From Chrysochromulina tobinii (taxonomy: Eukaryota), in NCBI GenBank assembly GCA_001275005.1, contig JWZX01002721.1, positions 1-36,583 of the forward strand: 36,583 nucleotides of DNA, in the 5' to 3' direction. The position numbers and the translations under genes were made by a program. Under the pieces are notes generated by a model that searched no databases, was not told where the DNA came from, and was given only the letters and a program-made list of their open reading frames with translations. This document shows positions 9,769 through 17,728 of the stretch, piece after piece (position 1 is the first letter of the stretch; the number at the start of each line of letters is the position of its first letter).

Positions 9769-11481
9769 CTATCGCTTCTTCTTCGCACCCTTCCCGGCGC
9801 TCGCCGGTGCAGCAGCCGCGCCGCCAAAGCCCGCCTTCGGCTTCGCGCCGCCGCCGGCCGCACTTGCGATCTCGGCGCTCGGCGGCGCGATGAGCAGAGC
9901 TTGCTCAGGCTGCCGACGGGACCATCGGATGAGATTGGCGGAGATGCCATCGAGAATGTCCATCTCGTTCATCAGCAGCTCGATGAAGCGCTCGATCTCG
10001 CGCGGAGATCGCGGCCGCTCAGACGCGGCGCGCATGTACATGCGACTCTGCACGCTGAGCACGTCGCGGTGGTGCTGCATGAAGCGGAGCGCTGTGGCGG
10101 GCAGTTGCAGCTCGCGCGCGAGCGAGGCGGCGTCCTTGTCAACCCACCGCGCAGGCTCAGCGACGAGCATGCGTTCGGCGAGCTGGCGACTGATGGCCCC
10201 CTGTAGCTGCGCTTCGACAACCTCGAGAGGGAGCAGCGTCGTCGTGGGCGGCGATGCCGCCGCGCTACCAGCATGCGCAGCGCCCGTGCCAGCCGCGGAC
10301 GCGCCTGCCGCAGCCGGCGCCTGGTCAGCATTGGCCGTGCCGCACAGCAGAGCGAGCTCGGTCGCCGCGAGGAAGCCGACCGGTAGAGATGCATGCAGCA
10401 TCGACCACTCGGGCAACGCCAGCGCCGTGACGGGCGCACCGCCCGCGAGAGTAGCGGGCTGGCCGGCGCGCACGAGCGCGAGCTGGCGTGCATGCGCGTA
10501 CGAGAGGCTCCAAAGGTGCGTGTCGACGCCAACGGTCAGGTGCACCGACGGCTGCTGGGCTGCGATGGCGCCGTGTCGGGCATCCTCGACGGGCTCTAAA
10601 AGGGTGTCAGTCGTGTGTGGCCAGCCGGCCGGAATGTAGAGCACCTGTCCGGGCTCCATGATGGTATCGAGTACGAGGGCATCCGGATCGGCCGTCATCA
10701 GGTCCGTGCCCTTGCCGCGTGCGAACGGGTCCATCGCCGGGGCCCTCTCTGGTGGGGGAGGCCGGTACACGCGCCAGCGCTTGCGGCCGGTCGTCTGGAC
10801 GAGCAGCACGTCCTGCTGATCGGTGTGCAGCTGGGTTGAGGTGGACAGCCCGGGTTTGGAGAGGTACACGTTCATCCAGATGGGCAGGCTCGTCACCTCG
10901 AGCATGGCGCGCGAGATCGCCGCGAGCTTTGGCACACAGAAGCCCGCGTTGAGCATCACGACCGTCGCCTCATCCATCCTTGCGTCCACGTCGGCAAATG
11001 TGAAGCCCGGCTGGAAGGGCTTATTGTAGATGCCGCCCTGGTGGCGCACGCCGCTCGCGACGAATTGCGGCGGAAGCCGCTGCACGTCGCGCTCGACGTC
11101 CTCCATGGTGAACGAGCCGATGGCAAACGGCCAGAGCTCGTCGAGCTTGAATGCCGCCTTGCCAAAGCCCTCCTTGAGGAAGGCGGCGTTGGTAGCGAGC
11201 GCACGGAAGGCGTGGCGCCACGGTGCATCCGCGATCGTTCCTGTGCTCACGCGCTCCGCCAGATCGAAGGCGGCGGATGACGGCGGCGGCACCGCGCGGA
11301 TGGCACTGAGATAGCGCGCGCCTTCGTCGGCGGGTGTGGCGAGCGATGCCGAAGGAGTTGTTGCTACTTGCATGGCCTCGCTAGCTCGGGCCGCACATGA
11401 GAAGACCAAGGCACGAGAGTTGCTGATGGGCAGCAGTCGGCCATCAGTGTGGAGCGCCGCGAGGCAGGACGCGAGGAACAT
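9769..11481 (-). CDS. JmjC/Cupin_4 2-oxoglutarate-Fe(II) oxygenase (ROX/NO66/YcfD-like)
   Basis: NVYLS..LHTDQQDVLLVQTTGRKRWRVY...MEPGQVLYIPAGWPH...SVHLTVG with an HxD..H facial triad; hydrophobic N-terminal leader. Confidence 0.88.
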   Translation of the reverse strand: MFLASCLAALHTDGRLLPISNSRALVFSCAARASEAMQVATTPSASLATPADEGARYLSAIRAVPPPSSAAFDLAERVSTGTIADAPWRHAFRALATNAAFLKEGFGKAAFKLDELWPFAIGSFTMEDVERDVQRLPPQFVASGVRHQGGIYNKPFQPGFTFADVDARMDEATVVMLNAGFCVPKLAAISRAMLEVTSLPIWMNVYLSKPGLSTSTQLHTDQQDVLLVQTTGRKRWRVYRPPPPERAPAMDPFARGKGTDLMTADPDALVLDTIMEPGQVLYIPAGWPHTTDTLLEPVEDARHGAIAAQQPSVHLTVGVDTHLWSLSYAHARQLALVRAGQPATLAGGAPVTALALPEWSMLHASLPVGFLAATELALLCGTANADQAPAAAGASAAGTGAAHAGSAAASPPTTTLLPLEVVEAQLQGAISRQLAERMLVAEPARWVDKDAASLARELQLPATALRFMQHHRDVLSVQSRMYMRAASERPRSPREIERFIELLMNEMDILDGISANLIRWSRRQPEQALLIAPPSAEIASAAGGGAKPKAGFGGAAAAPASAGKGAKKKR

Positions 11482-11767
11482 GGGAGCCGGAGTGGGCCGC
11501 CGTAACTTGGACTTTCATACATTCTGTATTCACACCAACACATGCTGAAAAAAAAACAAAAAAAAGCAAGTCCTCGACTCCACCAATATGACAGTACGTA
11601 GAACGCAATCTCAAATCCATGATCAATACATGTCGTCGTGAAGGACAACAATGCAGGCAATGCTCGTGTTGCAGCTCGTCGTGTAGGACCGGGGTGCGAC
11701 TGATTGATGGACTGAAAATCCTGGTTGTGTTTTACGCCTCGGCTTACGCGCCAAAGTAAGACCGGTC

Positions 11768-11796
11768 AAAAGACACCGGGGGGAGCCGGGACACAC
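11768..11796 (+). repeat. 29-bp dispersed repeat, copy 1
   Basis: AAAAGACACCGGGGGGAGCCGGGACACAC is the exact reverse complement of 29897-29925. Confidence 0.9.
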
Positions 11797-12013
11797 GGGA
11801 CACGCGGCAATTGACACGCGGGCGCACAAAGGCACACGGACCTCACAGACGAACCTCACCACCATCCATCCAAACCCACCAACCAAGTAAGACCGGTACA
11901 TGTACAAGTACAATTGTCCGTTCCGACTGGCGGACTGGGTGTGTTTTTGAACCGTGTCCCGTGATATTTTTGGGCGCTGCCAAAAAATTCGCGAATTTGA
12001 CACACGGACGCAC

Positions 12014-15000
12014 ATGGCCGAGTCCTCTAGAAATGGCCGTGCACGCACGACTCCTTCCTCGCCGCCGCCGTCCACCCTGGGTCACCTGGACGATCGGAGG
12101 AATTCCGCTCAAAATCTGAGGAACCCTGTGCGCACAGGGTCGGCTCCAGCGCGCATGACTCCCTCCTCGCCGCTGGCAGAGCGACGCTCCCCAATGGACG
12201 AGTCATCTACTAGAATCCCTCGGGAGTCCCAATCGCCTCTGATTCCCACGTCTGGCGGTGCTCCAGCGATCGAAGCGATCGAAGCGACTCCCTCCTCGGT
12301 TGCTGGCAGTTTGCCGTCGCAAGACGTGCATGTGGCCCACGAGAGCGCAAAGCGGAATCCACTCAACGACTGGTCGAAGGACAAGGTGGAGAAATGGCTC
12401 AAGGGCATCGACCCAAAGATCGCGAAGGCAGCCAAGGCGGCGGGCGTGAATGGGCGTGTCCTTCAAGAACTCGACGCTCTTGCCTGGACTGAGCTTGGCG
12501 TCACCGTTGCTCTTCGCCGCAGCCAGTTGGTAGCCGCGATGAAATTGGCGGAGGAAGGTATTCCGTCCGAGGACACCGCGCCTTCGAGTACGCCAAGCTC
12601 GTCCCCGATGAGCCATCTCACCCCCGAAGAGGAGGAGGAGCTGAGGCGACTCGAAGACTGGAAGAAGGGGCTCGATGCGGGCGACAAGCAGGCCGCGGAG
12701 GCTGCGAAGAAGGCCGACGAGGCCGCGGAGGCCAAGAAGAAGGCACAGAAGGAGGCCAAGAAGAAGGCCGACATGGAGGCCGCAAAGGCAGAAGCCAAGA
12801 AGCCCCCGGCCACAAAGAAGGCGGAGAAGGAGGCAGCGGAGATTGCCGAGCGCATCGCGGACCTCAAGCGCCATCGGATCCAAATCCGCTGCGCCATCCA
12901 AAACCTGAACCCCCACGACTTTGCGAAAAGTCAGACCTTTGAGGCGCTCATCAAGTTCGAGGCCTCGTGGGAGGACCGCTCGCCCATCCTGTATGAGATG
13001 CTGGCGGCGGGTTATAAGCTGGGCGACCGGATCGTAGAAAAAAAATGCACCTACAACAAGTTCGTAATCCTGCAGCACGACGGCAGCGAGAACAGCGAGC
13101 TCTTCACGCCGCGCATCACCTTCAAGAACCGCGCGAAGGAGCCCAAGACCAAGGAGGAGTTGTACGTAGCCGAGTTGCCTCTGATGACCACTGATAGCCT
13201 CCCTGATGACCAATGATGACCTCCCTCATCAGCTACGATCTCTCCAAATGGACGGTGGACGAGCCGACGGTGAAATGGAGATCAATCTTTCAGGGTGCGT
13301 TAACCTGCGCGAGGCCTCTGATTGACCTCTGATTGACTTCTGTTGACCTCTGATTGACTTCTGTTGACCTCTGATTGACCTACGATACCTCTCTCATCAG
13401 GAGTCTTCAACATGCGCGAGGCCTCGTTACGCAAGTTCCCGATAGACGAGCAGATGCTCACGATCGAGGTACGAACTCGGCGACTTGATGTCTCTGATGA
13501 CCTCTGATGACCTCTGATGATCTTCCTCATCAGGTACAGGCGGGCTGGCCCATGAACAAGGAGTCTGCGCCGGCCGACGAGCAGCAGCCGCCGCCTTGGA
13601 AGCTCTATGGGGTTAAGCTGCAGAAGCATAGTGGTGGTAAGGTCGAGGACAAGAGCGTCGTCTCGGTCGGCTCGCAGGTACCTATCCTGATGGCCATTGA
13701 TGGCCACTGAGACCACTGATGACCCCCATTGACGAAGTCGTCTTGGTCGGCTCGCAGAGTTTCGCGATGATGAATGGGTACCGGCTGTCCAAAGGCGTCT
13801 TCTTCGACGCCCGAAAGACCGATAAGGTGAGTGCCACTGATGACCACTGATGACCCCTGATGACCACTAATGACCCCTGATGACTTCACATTCACCAATG
13901 TCTTCTTTTACAGGGAGACTCCACCTCATGTGCTGAGTTCTCGGTCCTTAAAATCTCGGTGCACGTGCGCCGCAAGGTAAGTGCCACTGTTGACCACTGA
14001 TGACCCCTGATGACCACTGGTCAGTTCACGTTCCCCGACGTCTTCTTTCGCAGTCGGGCTTCTGGATCAACAACGTCGTCCTACCCTGCTGGATCATCAC
14101 CAGTAGCCTCCTCAGCTCATACGGCCAGAGCATCCGGAGTGGCGACCGCCTCAATGTCTCCGTGACTGTGCTGCTCACGCTCACGACCTTCAGATTCCTC
14201 GTCGCAAAGAAGCTCCCCGACGTTGACTACATGACCCTCATGTGCGACAATACGCCATAGCGCATCTCTTTCGCCGCCCAGATTGCAATGATTGCATTGC
14301 CTCACGTCTTGGCTCTCCTATTCATACATGCTCGCCTCTGTCGACCGCTGCCGCGCGCCCTCGGCGTTCGGCTCGGCACACGTACTCGCAGTGACTGGTA
14401 CGTGTTCTCGTCCTTCCTCTTTTCATTCAGCATCATCTTTATCCAGGTGAGTGCCACTTATGGCCACTTATGGCCACTGATGACCACTGATGACCACTGA
14501 TGACCACTTATGGCCACTGATGCCCGCTGATGACTTCACGTTCCCCGACGTCTTCTTCCACAGACGCTCACGGAGCTGGGCTTGTACGACGAGGACGCTG
14601 GAGCGTTTCGGTGGCGTGGATGGCGCGCCGCCCTTTCAGGCGCCGGCCTCTTAGGCAACGCGTCAGGCTCCGCGCTCTTTGGCAACGCGTCGACGGCGTC
14701 GCGGGCGCCGGGCCAGCCAAGCTGGGCAGAGGACGAGGACACCATCGTTCTTCCCGCCCCTCTTGTTTACGGACTTGGATTCTGGTGGGGCTTCCATCTG
14801 GTCGTCATGATCACCTGGTTTGGCTTCCTCATTCGCCGCAGGTTCGTCGACCCTCGCTATCGCGAGGTCCTCGACAAGAGGTGGGGCAAGGACGGCGTCG
14901 ACTGGTACGAGCCAAATTGCTTTTGATTGCCACTGATTGTGCCACTGATGGCCTCTCTGATCACCACTCTGATGGCCTCTCTGATGGCCTGTGATGGCGT

Positions 15001-15263
15001 GCCTCATCAGGGACGAGCCTGAGAGCCTCATCAGCGGGACACTCAACAAGGGGAACACCATGCGCAACCTTTCCAACCAAGTCACGGGGGGGTCGTCGAC
15101 CCAGCTCACCAACTCATGCACCTCGGACACGTCGACGGAGCTGTCGTCCATGGCAACTTGCGACAGCATGCCCAGCATGGCACAATGCCATTCAGTGTCA
15201 AACATAAGTTCTGCGACTGCTATCGCACGAGTGCGCGAAGTTCCGAAGATTAATTGGCTTTAA
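12014..15263 (+). CDS. Cys-less pentameric ligand-gated ion channel with an N-terminal SAM domain (~796 aa); exons 12014-13161, 13233-13294, 13401-13468, 13534-13677, 13758-13826, 13914-13976, 14054-14241, 14392-14446, 14564-14904, 15011-15263
   Basis: Nine GT-AG introns give a continuous frame (2391 nt). The spliced product has SQTFEA..FEASWED, LFTPRITFKN, LRKFPIDEQMLTIE (Pro-loop without Cys), VRRKSGFWINNVVLP (M1), DRLNVSVTVLLTLTTF (M2) and LPDVDYMTLIDWY (M3). SAM domain: WSKDKVEKWLKGI..VNGRVLQELD..ELGV..LRRSQL. The start codon is uncertain (12014 or 12155). Confidence 0.85.
13162..13232 (+). other. Intron 1 of the channel gene; decamer-repeat type ending CTCATCAG
   Basis: GTACGT donor; units such as CTCTGATGAC/CCCTGATGAC/CAATGATGAC; frame restored (EEF/YDL). 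Confidence 0.8.
13295..13400 (+). other. Intron 2 of the channel gene; 10/11-mer repeat type ending CTCATCAG
   Basis: GTGCGT donor; CTCTGATTGAC/TTCTGTTGAC units; frame restored (FQG/VFN). Confidence 0.82.
13469..13533 (+). other. Intron 3 of the channel gene; decamer-repeat type ending CTCATCAG
   Basis: GAG|GTACGA...CAG|GTACAG; CTCTGATGAC units. Confidence 0.82.
13678..13757 (+). other. Intron 4 of the channel gene; its 3' end copies the upstream exon end
   Basis: 13737-13757 matches 13657-13677 at 20/21; TGATGGCCA(T/C) units. Confidence 0.82.
13827..13913 (+). other. Intron 5 of the channel gene; homologous to introns 6 and 8
   Basis: GTGAGTGCCACTGATGACC...TTCACATTCACCAATGTCTTCTTTTACAG. 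Confidence 0.85.
13977..14053 (+). other. Intron 6 of the channel gene; homologous to introns 5 and 8
   Basis: GTAAGTGCCACTGTTGACC...TTCACGTTCCCCGACGTCTTCTTTCGCAG. Confidence 0.85.
14242..14391 (+). other. Intron 7 of the channel gene (150 nt, largely non-repetitive)
   Basis: GTGCGA..CTCGCAG; splicing gives YMTLIDWY, matching the family motif. Confidence 0.78.
14447..14563 (+). other. Intron 8 of the channel gene; homologous to introns 5 and 6
   Basis: GTGAGTGCCACTTATGGCC...TTCACGTTCCCCGACGTCTTCTTCCACAG. Confidence 0.85.
14905..15010 (+). other. Intron 9 of the channel gene; TGAT-repeat type ending CTCATCAG
   Basis: GTACGA donor; CTGATGGCC/CTGATTG units; frame restored (VDW/DEPES). Confidence 0.75.
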
Positions 15264-15508
15264 GTCAGTACGTCGCGTATGTAAAATGCATAGCGGAAAG
15301 CCATGTGAAATCTCCGTCTTATATATGATACCTAGCAGTCATTTTCTGAAGTCTTCAACTTTGAAAAGTCACTCTTAAGAGCGACTCAACGTTATCTCTT
15401 ATCTCTCGAAAAGCCTATCTGGTGTGTGCGTTGTAGTCTGAGGCGGTTCCTCGGCGAAGACCAAGAGGAAGAGCCAGGCTTACCAGGCTCCGCTCTCGTA
15501 GGACAGCT

Positions 15509-17387
15509 CTACACGATGTCCGCAGGCCGTTGACCTGTCGTGGGTCGTTGACCCGCGGGAGGCTGATCGACTTTCTGCACGTCTCTCTGCAGTTTGAGCC
15601 TGTCCTGCTCAAGCCATTGCTTCTTTTTGAGCTCCTGCTCGTGCTCGAGAGCCTTCTTCACCCGCTCAGCCAGCACTTTGAAGTGTCCGGGCGGGCCGGA
15701 GAGCGCAAAGTGCGGGCGCGGCGGCGGCTGGCGCGCGTCGGTGGGCTTTGGCTTCTTGATCTCGGCAAGGTTGATCCTCTTGCCGCCCGCGAGGAGCCGC
15801 GCCTCCTCCATGACATTCTGCTGATCCTTCCACTCGTCGTACTCACGCTTGAGCTTGCGGTACCGGTGCATCTCGGCGAAGTGAAGCGCCTCACGAAGGC
15901 GTAGATCCTCCCGGATCACCTGATGAGGGGTGCAATCAGACGCAATCAGACGCAATCAGACGCAATCAGACGCAATCAGACGCAATCAGACGCAATCAGA
16001 TCACCTTGAGGCGCGCCGCGTGCTCCTTGGAGTCGTTCATTATCGCCGCACTGCGTGAGAGGCCGCGTTCCACCTCCGAGTCGATCCATCTTTGGCACAC
16101 GATCTCGAGATGTGTCGAGATGATGAGCCATCGGCGCCGCCAAGTCGCTTGGATCCGCTTGATGGAGAAGGCGTATCTCAAGATGAGCTTGTGTGGAACC
16201 GAGAGGTCGTCCACCGCCCGCAGCCACTGCGTGAGTACCGTCGAGGCAGCGCGCTTCTGCTTGATGCGCCGGTTGATGCGGTAAAAGTAGAACCGAGCGC
16301 GCAGCAGGCGTCGCACTTTGGTGAGGGCCTTGAGCCGTTTGCGCATCACGTAGATGCGCCACATCATCACGAAAGATTTGGAGGACGCGAGCTTGAGCGC
16401 GAGCTCCTTGCGCCGCAACCGATGGTCCGCGAGCGCGGCGCCCATCCGCGAGGCGGGAACCACGGCACCGACTACCGAGAGCCACGCAGCTTGGCGTAAC
16501 CAAACCTCATGGTTGCGGCGCATGGCCGCTGAGGCGGCGTGCTGTCCGAATCGAAGGCTGATGCTGGCGGCCAGCTCGGCGAACCTCCGCGCCATCTCCT
16601 CGTCACGCCGCTCGAGCACCTCGAGGCTGTGGGCCTTATACCTCTCGTAGCGCGCCTGGCTCTCTTGCCGTCGGTTCTCGAGGAAGTCTGACGACGACAT
16701 GTGGACCGCGGCCACATTCGCTTTCACTAAGGACTGGTCGGGCGCGCGCATGAGCGTGGCCACGTGCTGCGCGAACTGCTCGCGCTTCCAGCCATCCTCG
16801 CGCAGCTCCGCGAGCGTCCTGCGCACGTACAGCTGCGCCTCCGACTTACCTCGATCATGACCTTCCTCGGACCGTGGCACGCGCTTCGGTGGCTCGGAGC
16901 GTTTCTTCGATTTGGGCGTCTTCCCCTTTGCCTCGTCCTCAGCGCGCACCGGTGCCGGCGCCACCGATTTCGACTCCGACGCGCCAGGCTCGCCGTACAC
17001 CCTGGTCGCATCGCGGAGCAGACCCTTGATGTCGTCGAAGATGTCTAGGGTCTGCTCCGCAGCACTGCGTCGTTTCCCAATCGGCGGCAGCGACAAGCCA
17101 CTGCTAGGATCGGACCGAATCTCCGATGAGTTCGGGCTAGAGCCACGTCCTTCCCACGTCGGGCGCTCGGCCTTCTGAAGCTTGTCCATCATGGAGGCGA
17201 CCTGTTGGTTGGCGGCCTTCACCGCCGACGAGAGGGAGCCTCTCGAGTAGAGCACACGCGATTGTGAGGGCAGGGCTGGCAGCGAGGCCGACACGGTGAG
17301 CGAACGCCGACGGACGCCATCTGCCGCGGGTGCTGGAGCCGCCGGCAGCAGTGGCGGCAACACATTGCCGCTCATGCTGGGTCGCAT
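15509..17387 (-). CDS. Hypothetical basic coiled-coil protein with an IQ-like motif (~597 aa); exons 17387-16005 and 15919-15509
   Basis: ORFs 15996-17705 and 15509-15955 are joined in frame by intron 16004-15920 (ARLK/VIRED). IQ-like motif IKRIQATWRRR. Confidence 0.75.
15920..16004 (-). other. 85-nt intron consisting almost entirely of (TCTGATTGCG)x7 and ending CCCCTCATCAG
   Basis: AAG|GTGATC...CAG|GTGATC; tandem array at 15932-16000. Confidence 0.87.
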
Positions 17388-17540
17388 GCTCACGCGAGAG
17401 ACGCGAGAGCGAAGGCGGACTGCCGTGACCAATCTGTAACCGAATTGTGAACATCGACGGAGCAATGGCTGTGAACGCACGCGACGTTCCGAGAAAACGG
17501 CCAACCGATGGCGGCGCGCACTACTTGTTAACAGTCTTGT

Positions 17541-17695
17541 GGCCCTCGTGCTTGGGGGTCCGGAGAGTGTGCGCGCGTTGTGTTGAACAGCAGCAGTCTT
17601 GTAACGGCCACACCTCCGTCCATAGCGATAGAGGCCCTCGTGCTTGGGGGTCCGGAGGTTGTGCGCGTTGTGTTGAACAGCAGCAGCTTGTAACG
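17541..17695 (+). repeat. Imperfect ~65-bp direct repeat (17541-17606 and 17633-17695) in a divergent intergenic region
   Basis: GGCCCTCGTGCTTGGGGGTCCGGAG..GCGCGTTGTGTTGAACAGCAGCAG..CTTGTAACG occurs twice. Confidence 0.9.
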
Positions 17696-17728
17696 TATTA
17701 GACAATTCACCACGCTCACTTCACGCAC

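Noticed and set aside
12203..13213. 336-aa Leu-rich minus-strand ORF
   Set aside because: Antisense of the Lys/Glu-rich exon 1 of the channel gene.
15367..15386. 20-bp near-palindrome AGTCACTCTTAAGAGCGACT between convergent genes
   Set aside because: A single short occurrence, and bacterial-type terminators do not apply here.
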